DNA of 64,000 bases from Botryllus schlosseri. Its lineage: Eukaryota. Under the pieces are notes generated by a model. It was not told the DNA's origin, made no database searches, and saw only the letters and a list, made by a program, of their open reading frames with translations. Where the stretch lies: NCBI GenBank assembly GCA_051294905.1, contig CM119384.1, positions 9,300,001 through 9,364,000 of the forward strand, in the 5' to 3' direction. The position numbers and the translations under genes were made by a program. Below are positions 37,660-49,900 of this stretch, one piece after another. Numbering within the stretch: position 1 is the stretch's first letter; every line of letters starts with the position of its first letter.

Positions 37660-38180
37660 AGAATACCAGTCTTCCTGACACGCATTTGCGATGACTAATG
37701 ATATCTCCAGAGTTATTCTCCATCTGGGGATCTGGAAGTACGCAATCATGGCCCTTGAGCACCACCTCGCATTGCGTAGAGATGGAAGTTTATGCCATTT
37801 GATTAGTGGTAATCTATACTATTTTCTTTGAAAGAGCAGCATGCTCTGCACAGGTCATTGATAAACTTAAAATCATCCCTCCATCCTCGGTTTTCTAATA
37901 TTTTCATCTGAAATTCTTGCTTGGTGGATTGCACCAAGTTTTCGTATAGTGTTTTACCACATCATCTCCAAATGTGTAGCTGAGAGTCGGATTTGTTGAA
38001 GACGTTGGATTGAAGAACTCTTATATATGCGTTAAGAATCGATTATATGATGTGGGCAAACAATATATTGTGGTTTATGAAAACCCTTGCTCATCATTGC
38101 ATTTTGCAGTTTAGAAACAATGCCATTCTGTCGTCCAGTATCAACAGATGCTACGGTGTCACATATGATATATGAGATTT
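37660..38180 (-). pseudogene. Decayed DDE transposase fragment, hATm-like
   Basis: Reverse strand reads ICDTVASVDTGRQNGIVSKLQNAMMSKGFHKPQYIVCPHHIID*, then TNPTLSYTFGDD, then ENRGWRDDFKFINDL, with stops and frameshifts. It resembles the recalled CDTTAxNTG...CxHH motif of hATm transposases. Confidence 0.65.
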
Positions 38181-39091
38181 TCAAATTTTCCTATACATCA
38201 TATTCTTCTAATCGGTTTTCTTGACCGCTGAAAATATCTAGAGTTGTTCTACTTTCGTCTTTTCGAACACGCAGTTTGATTTGTGTCAGACAAATTGAAA
38301 TTATACGATGTATACAGTCCACATCTAAAATCGGAATTGATAATTATTTATTAAATATTTAATTTTGACTGTAAACAAGAACACGAGAGGAATATTTCAA
38401 TCTGGGCGATCAAAATTTACCAAAATTTTCAGGAGGGGGTAGGCTACGTAACAATAATAAAAGCAAGAAATCGAGTGACAACATATTGCGTGAAGCGTGA
38501 AAAAAATATTTTAGATAAATCTACCGCAAAGTATTCTACTTTATTGTAATGTACGAAGATGTACCAAAAATGTGACCGGCCAATGGATATGCCAATGTGT
38601 CGGAACTGATACTTTAGTCATCAACATTCCAAGTGTTGCCGACAGACTAATCAACTATTGGTTGGCCTTGCAAGCTCACAATCTGGGCAGTTCATTTTTG
38701 ATAATGTAACTAATTTCGAAAATTACCTCGCGCGCCACGGGTTGGCCGCCACTGGTCTATAATGTAAACTAAATCCTGATATTTCCCCGGTACCATATGC
38801 CACTACCGAAAAGTGTTTTCCTTTTATAAGTACCGTAGGGGGGGTGACTAATTGAGAGTGGGGTAATTATGGGAGTAACGGCGTCCGTTCCACCCATGGT
38901 GACAAGGAAATACGGTTACGGTGCCTTCCTTGTCAGTGCGTTAAAAGCGTGATTGATAACAAGTTTTGTGGTTTATCAATTGTAATATGTAATTAATGTA
39001 ATGAAATAATAAATCGTCTATTGATAAATTATATATTGACGGGCGACGGCGGTATGTTTAGCGGAAATCACACGGAACTGACTCGTACGGG

Positions 39092-42000
39092 TTAAGACGA
39101 AGGGGATATTTTATTCAGACCGGACCGCTTCTTTTTGGTGGTAAAATGAAGCGGCGAAGAGGCACGCATGCTTCGATTTTCGGAGTATATGTTGTATCTT
39201 TCTTCTACACTCTTTGGAGACGGAGGTGGCGACGGTGTAAACATGACGGACGATGCATGAGATGATGTATCGGACCCATCTTCACTTGCTTTTATCATCA
39301 TTTCCTTCACCAAGTCGCGAATGTTCCATACCCTCACTGTTCCGTCGTACGAACCGCTGATAATGAAGTCTCCCGCAGTCTGCAGTAAAATTGCCTCTCT
39401 TTATCCAAACCATAATTTCATAATCAACAACCATTGATTACACTATCAACAGTCAAATGTATTATTTACACGTACCACGAAGCAAGTCACTGCGTATTTA
39501 TGGCCTTTCAACGTACGTCTCAGGGAGCCGGCTTTCGCGTCGAATATTTTCAACGTGCTATCGCCGGAGCTTGTGGTGACTGAAAAAAATAATCGCTTTA
39601 AGTGATATAGTTATCCTATCACACGGTCGATATCGCTCACTCAAACCGTCGTGGTATTTCATATCTGATATCGTATGTTCGTGTGCGTTATATTTCCGCG
39701 TGCTGTCGGCGAACTCAGTGACCCAGCACCTGACCGTCCCGTCGATACTGGCGCTGTACATGAATTTGTTCGAAAGCTGAAAATGAACGCATCGATTGAA
39801 ATTACGGCACAGGGCTGCCTTCTGACAGAACTATATCAGTGGCTCTGAACTGAACGCGCTTTGAAGATATTCCGGGTCTCATCGAGCACTGCTTGGAATA
39901 TATAGATAGAGGAATTAGGTCTTTGCGAAATTAACAGTTACATGACTTTCGCAGATTGTCAGGGACTGAAGTTTCGTGGCGAATGGGACCTTAGGTTTTT
40001 ATATAGGGCCTATGACACACATCACAATCAATTAATGAAATTTGTAATTTGTATACGGGATAGATTAGTATCGGCAATCCGAAAGTAAGCGCCAATTATT
40101 CGCTATATTTTTTAGAGGACCTCCGTCATTCCTGTTGCGGGACATACGACTAGGACTATCTTCTCGTGCGTTCCGATACTTTGATGCTAATTCATTCGTT
40201 GGTATTTAGCAGAAGGATAGAACGCAGTCCTGCACCTGCCCTGCACGCATTGTTTATTACTGCATGCGTGATTTCTATGACGTCATATAGCCAAGAACTC
40301 TCGCGCTTGTAGCATCGTGCTGTCGGCTGTTCTTCGCAATTTGAGAAATACAAAAATCTAATCACATCGCGTCTTGTGAATCGCATTGTACATTGTGGTT
40401 TTTGGGCGGATAAAAAGTAATAGAACCGCCGATAATATTAATATTATTGTACCTAATCAATGCATCTGCTGTAATTTCTGGGTGGCCAGACTGCTTTGCT
40501 GACACCTTACATCCTGATGGGGCTATATCAGTAGTTCTCAACCGGTGTGTCGCGGCATACTAGTGTGTCATTTACGTCTCGCAAGGGTGCCGCACGAGAT
40601 TTCTTCGAAATTATGCGAAAAGTGATTCTAGTCTATAGCAATCAAACAAACAATAATATAAATCGGGCTCGATGCACTGGCGTAGCAGCATGTGCTGCCG
40701 CCCCTGGCTCTCGCTTAAAATGCCCCCCCCCCTAAGTAGACCGCAACAAATTTCGACATATGATTCATGTTCAAGCAATCTTGTCAATAAAAATAATTAC
40801 AAATAATATGCCGCGTCTCAGCCTCACGGTCTCAACGTTAATAAGGCCAAAAATAATATAGACAAGAAATAGGGAACGAATGTATATTGTGCGAATAGAA
40901 AATCAATAGCCGCCTCAAAGCAAAATCAGCGATAATATCCTCAAATTCAAGTTTTTGAACGTAGTCTCTTTCTACAGACAGAATGGATAGAGCTGATAGC
41001 CGATTATCATTCATGATAGAACGTAAATAAGACTTGAGCTCTGAGAAGCTCCGCACACAGCTCGCAATTGAAACACCAATGATCAGATAAAGTTTCAGAC
41101 ACGAGCATAAATATGGTGTCGAATCAAGTTGCTTTGAATTAACTAACCACTGTAAAACATCAAACGCTGTTGCACTACGATCAAACGTGGTTTCGCTGCT
41201 CCGCACCAGCCTCTAAACCAGGGGTTCTCAACCTGGGGGGCGCGAGAAATTGACGAAGTCAATATAGGGGGGGGGGGGGGCGCGAGAAATTGACAAAGTC
41301 AGTATAAATTGTACTTGTCTAAACATGCAGTGTTTCACATCCATTATGAGAAGACGATTAATGAAGATGAAATTTATTCCATATTCAAGACAGCTTGCAA
41401 CTCTAGCAACCGCGCTCAACGGAGTATAGTCTGATTTCAACTTCATTTGAGCAAATTTTTGAAATTCTTTGGAGATATAGAGAGCAATTCCCACGTGTAA
41501 GTCATTCATTGCTTCATAGCTTTGACAGTAGCCTAAAGCTTGTCGCGCTGGGCAGCTGTTGTTAGTAGCTTGCGAACTGCACTGCCCAAGACAGACTTAG
41601 ATGCAACATAGGTTGCCCGGTTTCGCCCTCAATTAGGCTATATCAACACAATTTAATTCATTTCCAAAACTGATCAAATTTAGCCTGGCAGGACAGAACG
41701 ACGCCTTGTTGTCTGTCCTCACTACCAGCATCAGGATTAGTCTCAGGGTGACCTACCTTGAAATTAATAATGGATGTCTTGTTCAATGTTTTTTTGTTAT
41801 TTTCAAACAAGTTTGGAGAAATTTGTCAGCAATGTAAAAGACTCAACAACTGGAATGCAGATTCAAAATTGTCGTAAGATATACCTTATGTATACTATTA
41901 GATCAGGGGTGGGCACTGGGCAGCCTGCGGCGGTAGAAGGGAATTTGAGCGGCCGTCGACGCCTAATTCAATTAGTATGTGTTGGCGGCCGTAGACATGT

Positions 42001-43934
42001 AAATTGCAATTACGAATTCACTCCCGCATTTTCGAGAGATTTTAATTAATCTTGAAATTTTCTTCGCCCTCCGTGCAATTCAACAAGAATTCATTTTTCG
42101 ATTTTAATACAGTAGCGCCCTTCTTAATCTGAGCCGGAATGGGAATTGGCAAGAAATAACAATTCGTTCGCGTCCCTGAAAAATTTTCGCGCTTGGCGCG
42201 ACAATATGCACCTCCCGGCAACTATTCATAACATTGCCACTCGCTATTTCGGTGCGCACAATAGGCCATTGTGAAAAGTAGAATAGTCCGGAGTTCACCG
42301 GGAATGGATATGGACAGTTTACCATAGGAATTTTGCGTCCAGATCTTTCATTGCGGCTATGCCCTGGAATGCGGCCTTTCGCTACATAAGCCATCGAAAT
42401 ACGGCCATGATTATCAAAAACGTTGCCCACCTCTGTATTAGATGATGTGCTTTTTTTGACATGACGATAAATGCAAGGGGGGCCAGATGGGGGGCGCGAT
42501 TTTTTTGACCATCTCCAAGGGGGGCGCGTGTCAAAAAAGGTTGAGAACCACTGCGTCTAAACCCTTTCAATATCTCAAGTTGAACAACTTCATATGATCA
42601 TATCTTAATTTGTGTTCGTCCTAGAGGCCTCATATTGGTTTGTACGAAAGGCTAGCACTCTTCTGATTTGTATGATCCCTAATTCGAAGGTATAAGGCAT
42701 GACAATTTTCGCAGGTAACTCCAAAAAGTCCACCTCGTCGTCATAAGTTCTTCTAAAAGCCCTGGTGAATAAATTGAGACTTTCGATTTGCAGCAGCGCG
42801 TGGGAATTCAAAAATCCAAACATATCATCTAAGTGGTGTATGCCAGTAAACCTATAGCTTCAGCTACAAGTATATCTGTAAATCTGTCCAAAGCTTGAAA
42901 CATGCATCGTCTAACTTCTTCAACAACACTGAGGCCAGCATCTTCTGATTGTTCGCCAAGCATTCTCCTTTTTCTGCGCACTCTCCGAGCAATCGGCCTT
43001 GACGGCTATTTCGGAGTGGTTCAATCGCCATGTTAACGTATTAATTCGTGTGTTCGGAATCAGCGCGACACTATAGTTTTCGATTGAGACCAGTTTGATT
43101 AAATTTTAGCTCACGGGACGCCAGCTTTAGGACTACCAATTACGCTTCTTTTAGCCGGCTGTTGTACACTGTGCCGAGCGAGATAGTGTAATGGTGATGC
43201 GTCCGGCTTCTTGATCGGGGACGTGGGTTCGATCCCCGGCCAGGTCAGACCGAATACTCGAAAACTGGTATCGGCGGTTATCCCGCTAGGCGCTCAGCAA
43301 TCATGGAGGAGAAAAAAACGGGGGTGCAGACCAGTGTTGAGTGGATAGCGCTTTTCGAGACTACGAATCCCTCCGACAACTTTAGTGTCTGAGGAAAACT
43401 CCCTCCGACTACGAAGAGCTCAGTCCCAGACTCCGAGATACTCCGATGAATCTCGTCAGGTATCCGAAACAGTGGCAAGCATGGTACACTTGGTAATGTG
43501 TTTTACTAAATTAATGTGATAATATGGTTGGACTCAAAGTATTGTCTACTCTCCAGTCCCCAATTGCAGTGCAGATGGCTGATTTTTATGCACTTGGCAA
43601 TCCTTTTTGCATGTTACCCGTAACATTACAACTTTACTAGGTGTCAACTGTCTGTGTTTTGGTTTGTGATCATAATCAAGAGTGTATTCTGGTCAGCGCT
43701 ATCCAAAGATATCAGAGACAAAAGTTACAATACTCCGAAATTCTCCGAAAAATTATGCGTAGTAAACTCCGACTCCGCTCCGACTGTCACAAAATCGGAA
43801 AAACTCCGCTCCGAATCCACTCCGACTCCGCTCCGATGCACATCACTGGTGCAGACTAGATCACCTTACTATAAAGTCCGTATCGCATCTCCGTGGTCAA
43901 AGCATCTCGATGGTGCAGGCGAAAAAGGATAATA

Positions 43935-43967
<33 letters not shown>

Positions 43968-46900
43968 GCAGCCTCATTTTGCCGCCCCCTTGGAGCCTGT
44001 CGCCCCTGGCGCAGAGCCAGAACCGCCAAGTGGCTGCTACGCCACTGGCTCGATGTGAAGTTTGTACATTCGACAAAGCAAAATTGCTCTCATTCCCGCA
44101 ATCAATATCCCCGCGAATTCGCTTTACCCATCATATCCGGTGCCGTTGAGGCTGAATTCAGTTTTGCACAATACGTTGATTGATTGCAGAGAAGACCATA
44201 TATCAGACTTGGACAACTAGATAATTCTAGTTGTCAAATTTCACTAAATTAGAGCAAAATGCCAGTAATCTAATTCTAATTTAATTTGCGAAATGTTTCT
44301 ATGCTCTAATTCAAATTCAAATCTAATTTGTGAAATGTTTCAAACCTCTAATTTTAATTCTAATCTAATTTATTGTTTTCTGGAAAATACCTCTTTGTCC
44401 GCGGCATTTTGCGACGAGTTAACAAAATATCCCTATCGCACAGGGAAATCCAGTGCCAAGCCGCCATCGCATTACTTACATGGTATATTTATAGTAGTTA
44501 TTGTGACAAATAATATCCATGCTAGCATAGTAGCTTGTAGTCTGCGAACAGCCTTCTAGTTTCGATCACAAACAGAACAGCAGCAAAGAAAATCGATAGT
44601 TAACAGAGGCTTGTTCACTTTCATGCCTTCAACTTTACATCAAGAAAAAAAGAGGATAATTGCTTCAGATCTAACCAAAGAAACTATATTAGACGATGAA
44701 GCGGAAAGATATCTCGCAGCAGAGCTTGGGAGCATGGACTGTGAAGTTTTGAGTTGCTGGAAAAGAGAAAATCATTTTCCTCATCTCAAGGCTGCTGTTC
44801 GAGAACTCGTAGGCATGACTGCAAAATCGGCTCCACCGGAAGGAGTTTTCAGCCATGCAGGAGAACAGTATGGTGCAGGGGTCGCCAACTCAAAACGCTC
44901 TAATTCTGATTCTAATCTAATTTGGAAAAATTGTGTAGCTCTAATTCTAATTTTAATCTAATTTGGAAAAAACTGTTTAGCTCTAATTCTAATCTAATTT
45001 GGAAAAGCTAAAAATTTTCTAGTTGTCCGAGTCTGTCACACATGGCGGCGCCTGTGTGACGATGCAGTTTTCAAATCATCATTGTCTTCCTAATCACCAG
45101 CGAAAAATGAAATCCTTTGGAAGTGATGTTCACGTTTACAAATTCGAATTACAAACAAAGCCATCTACATTGCGATTGTAAAGTAGAGCGTACCGGCACT
45201 GCCGTTAAAATGTAGGCTCGAAGCGCAACGTTTGGCGACGAATTTGAGAATTGGGAAGTAAAGTTGATCAAATTATATCAATTAACAAATTTCCCCGCCG
45301 CTGAGGTTATTATCCCAGTTTGATGGAACTAATTGAACTACGGCTGACTGCCTGTGGAAGTATTGAGGTATTGCTGTCCTCACGTGTGCTACACGATCTG
45401 CGTATATGCCTCAGCGCCTTTGTATTCGTTAGTGGCGATCGTGCTTGACCCCTTCGATGCGATGGTTAATTACATCGACAAGGCGGTAGTGGGTAGAGTT
45501 TATTGTCATTAAACAAATCTTATGAAATAGTATCTGAGCGCAGTCCGAAATTTCAACGAGATTGCAGCAGGCCAGTTATATAGCCTATATATGTGTGTGT
45601 GATATCGAACTACATTCCAAGACGGATCTAAACAATTTAGGTGTTACCTCGTATTTTCGGTGAGCTGGATATAGTATAGATGGGAAGAAATAAGGTTTTT
45701 GACCGCAGCCGACTGCAGGAGATAGCGAAGTGGTGACGATAAGCGCCCACCACCCAGGGCAGAACAGCGGCCCGGGTTCGATTCCACGTCGGAGGTTATT
45801 TTGGGCTCCTCTTCCCCGCGTCGCTGTTCTTACGGCGACAAAAAAGCCCAGAAAAAGGTGGATGCCATAGTGCCAGTTTGAGAGACCGCAACTGCAACTG
45901 CAACCGCAACCAGTCTTTCGGCATCCTCCTATCTCTTCATTACATCGCATTGTACATTGTATATGTCTTGTTCAGATAAATATATAATTTGACGATCATT
46001 GATTATTATTGGAACTGCAGCTAAAGGATAGTTAAAATGAACTACATAAAGAAATCAATATGGTGGCGCGGCTGCGCGTATTCGATTCTTAACCCTTTGC
46101 GAAATTTCTGTGACCTCCCGGCTGAAAACCACTGACAAACCATTCAAATGCATTCATAGTGGACCGTAAAAACTCACCTCAATTGCTATGATGGAGCCTT
46201 CATGGCCACAGAAACGTTTGATTTCAGCACCTCCATCTAAATTCCACATCTTCACGGAATAATCAGAAGAACCTTAAGGATACGTCATAAATTACGTAAA
46301 GTCATAGTGACGTCTACGTACTGTGGGGGCGACTGCGCCGGTTACACCTAATACATGTCGACAAAAAAGGGGCAGGTGGAAAACAACAAGGTAATTGTTA
46401 TCCCAATCACGATGAAGTCGCGATGTCTAAATCAAAAATTTGCATGTCATTGCTCAATGCTCATATATCCTATTTCCACACTATACCACAGGTGCAGCTA
46501 TTTGTGTTAATCGTTTTTTAAGTTATGGCTATTTAGAATAGTCGAACACGTTTCACGAATTACGCATGCGGGGGAGATAGTGTATAGTGGTTACGATAAG
46601 CGCCCAGCACGCAGACGGACTGGGCTCGATTCCCGTCGGAGGTTTATCTGGGCTCCTCTTCCCCTGCCGTTGCCGTTCTTCATCATCATTGGTTTATTAG
46701 CAATTTGATCAGTTCAATACACCACAAAAAAGCCCAGACAAAGACCTGACGAAAGAAAGCACTCACAATGAATGGAAAGAACTAGTAGAAAGGGTCGCGG
46801 TTTCAAAGAGATCCACATCGAAAAAGAACTGTGACATCGGGCACTCTAGGCCGAGGTGGATGTTAGAGTAAAGGATCGCTACTGATGCGTGTCGTTCTAC

Positions 46901-49900
46901 ATCCTCCTATCTGTTCATGACATCGCATTGTGTCTTATCGCATTGTACATTGTGTGCGACTTGTTCAGATCAAAAATATATCCCAGTTATGTTATGCTAT
47001 GTGATCTGAGCAGTGCAAGTGTAAAAGTCCATCTCAAGTCGCGAGTTTAACAACATCGAGCTGCGGTATCTTTGAATCAAGGTGTAATAAATTACTAACT
47101 ATAGTACCAGTCACACACAACATTTGATACCGTAGAATTGATGATAAAGTTATGTGTACTGCTTTGATTACTCCCTGTGGTCGGATCTGCTGTGGAACCA
47201 AACATGATGGAGATTCATGTTGTGGTTAGGTTAGAACTTTTATATACAATAATATGAGTATCTAAATTGCCAGCGTTACAAGACTAAATTATTTGAGCGA
47301 GTCGAGAGCAATCGTCACAGTTTGCAAAATGATGGATTCGAATGTAAACAGATACAAACTGCAACCTCCCTTCCCATGGTAATGGGAAGCACTGAATAAT
47401 ATTCGCCGTTGTTCGGGCGCACAAAAGAGTGTTTATACCAGTGGCTCTTAAAGTTTTCAGCATGCGACCCAAATCTGAGATTTATTGGCATCTCGCGACC
47501 CAAGCCTCGTATACATCGAAATGTTAGTATGATACGATTTACGGACATGTATGAAATAGAGAAGGTGCACACAACCAGTTGCACAATGCACAATGCGCGC
47601 ACGCCACGTGATCCGCGTAAGCGTTGTCTTATAAGAAGCCTAGAAGTGGACCGTCTACAAGTCGGTAAATACAGAAACAAAAATAAAGAATACTGGCCTG
47701 GTGTAAAATGACTAATGTAGTCGAAACACCATGAATATCAAACAAACAAACAACGCAGTTCCATGAAATATGTGTGACGTACGCGATTTCAAATTGGGTG
47801 TATAATAGTGCGGAGCGGATCGACAAATTCTCTGGTCCGGCTCCGATCCGGTTCTTCAATTCTCTGGTCCGGCTCCGGCCGTATCAGGAAAAAGTACTGA
47901 TCCGGCTCCAATCCGGCTCCGGCCAAAATGAAAAAGTCCGGCCAGAAATCCGGCCCTACACGGTACGGGGGTCCCGTGAATTGATAAATATATGCCTCGT
48001 TTATGTTCGCACTGGCTTGGCGGTTACTTGCGTGTGGTTGGTTGGTAGTTGTCCATAAAGATTCTGGCCGTATCAAAAAAGTAGTGATCCGGCTCCGATC
48101 CGGCTCCGGGCGTAACAGAAAAAGTACTGATCCGGCTCCGATCCGGTCCGGCCAAAATTCTAAAAATCCGGCCGGATATCCAATCCGGCTCCGGTCCATG
48201 CTCCGCACTAGTGTATAATTTTCCTTGCTGGTCGCATTTGTACGGTGGGGCTCAGATTACAAGAACGGGACTATTCGGCTTGGTGCGATGGCGAACCAAA
48301 TTTAGACCCTTCGCGACCCATGCTTTGCAAATGATGGAACAACGTAGTGCGTCTGCCAAATCTTCAGTTATATCAGTGGTTCCCATCGTGGGCGATATCA
48401 CTCCCAGGGGGCGATTTGGCGGTCTATGGGGCGAAAATTACGAAGGGGGCGATCGGGGGGCGAAAACGGACGAAGGGGCGATAGGGGGAGAAGAAGGGGT
48501 GACAGGGGGCGTTGGCGCATTAAAACGGCTATAGTCAAGTCGGAGAAATGACCTCTTTTTTTAGTCAACTCACGAAAATTGAGCTGAAAAACGTGTAATT
48601 TCGAATTTTTCGGTTCCCAATATTTGGGGGGGGGGGCGATGATCGGTGTGGAGCTTGAAAAGGGGGGGATGAGTCGAAAAAGGTTGGGAACCACTGAGTT
48701 ATATTGTCCTATTGATGGATCAAGCGTAACTACATGGGCTACGCATACCTGTAAACAAAAGTCGCTTGTCGTTATCGACCGCCAGGCACAAGATAGCTCC
48801 TTCGTGACCCCGAAAAGTTGTCAGAGTAGATCCTGCGTTGATACTCCACAGTCTCGCTGTGCAATCCATTGATCCTGTGAATTGGATATGGATTAGCGTC
48901 GCATCTGCGAGATTGCAATTTACTCGAGAATATATTACGTGTAGGCCTGTTTGTGCTGTCAAGGCCCTGGCCGAGACGTCCGTATATTTTTCATAATTAA
49001 ATCCTTCGATTAATGAGCAAAAAGTCTCATAGTTTTGTACTCAGTCCGTGCAAATTAATGACGGCTAAGCGGCATATAAAGCATATGTCAGGCCGTTATA
49101 ACCCTTTCCGGCTAACGCCATGAATTATTGATGCTACTTTGAACGTTATATAAAAAAGATAAACTATGCGATGTCTGATAGATGGACCTACTGGATCAGT
49201 GGTTCCCAAACGGTGGGGAATTCCCCACTGGTGGAGAATTCAATGATTTCTGGTGGGGAATAGACGCATTTGTTCAAAATAATATACAGGACAGTCTACA
49301 TATTGACGGAGACACATGCGCAATTACCGTTACCAGTTAACTGCTCTGGAATGTATGTATCGAAAATTATATTGCGTGTTGTTCACAAAACCTCATTTTT
49401 AACTCTGGATGGTTAAACATGGCGTCACAAACGCACCCAGCACGACTAGTTGGACGTGGAATAACGCTTTCACGAAATTTGGAGCGTTACTGGTATCGGT
49501 TCACAATACGTTTTACGTTGCAATTAAGGCGATTGTTTTGTATACTGGTGTGGTTGTGTGTCTTGTGTAGTCAAACCAGCAGATAGCTGCTCTGTGATGA
49601 CGAAAGTGCTTGGTGGTGGGGAGCAGGACCGTAACTGCCGCACCCAAACCCCCCAATTAGAGGGGGGGCGAGCTCGAAGAGGCCCAAAATTATTTCGTGG
49701 ATTAACATAAATTAAAGTATTTTTTTGGAAATTTATGCCAATTTATCAAAAAATGTTCGCGCGGGGTGCGCGATTTAATATTGCCGAATATCTGATTATT
49801 CGGTACCCTTCCCCCACGAAAATACGTAGAATTTATAGAAATGGAGACTTCGGCGTCGACCATTACTGCGCCACGACGCACCAAGGCCATGTAACATGCA

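Larger units (their letters stand above)
36655..38754. mobile_element. Second copy of the 700-bp MITE, expanded by a ~1.6-kb insertion
   Basis: Termini CAGGGGTGGCCAA/TTGGCCGCCACTG; TSD GTCTAAAG/GTCTATAA (6/8). Segments 36655-36847 and about 38440-38754 align to 18605-19304. Confidence 0.85.
40675..44047 (-). mobile_element. Internally deleted hAT (ZMYM1/Tip100-like) transposon in WDR86 intron 6
   Basis: TIR CACTGGCGTAGCAGC/GCTGCTACGCCACTG; perfect TSD GCTCGATG. It carries a split transposase remnant, a MITE nest (41219-42553), a SINE (from 43173), a CTCCG-array MITE end (43790-43848) and a (TC)n tract. Confidence 0.92.

Noticed and set aside
41190-41209. GCTGCTCCGCACCAG as the partner TIR of 40675
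   Set aside because: This is coincidental transposase-coding sequence. The true partner terminus is at 44047, with a perfect TSD.
43173-43250. tRNA genes here and at 28660-28740, 45716-45790 and 46568-46640
   Set aside because: A/B boxes are present, but no consistent cloverleaf or acceptor stem is evident, and shared non-tRNA bodies follow. They are SINE heads.
40838-44961. ORFs 40838-41206 and 44611-44961 as domesticated ZMYM1/ZBED-like host genes
   Set aside because: Both are short fragments with degraded conserved residues, lie within intact TIR pairs, and lack the catalytic core and splice structure.
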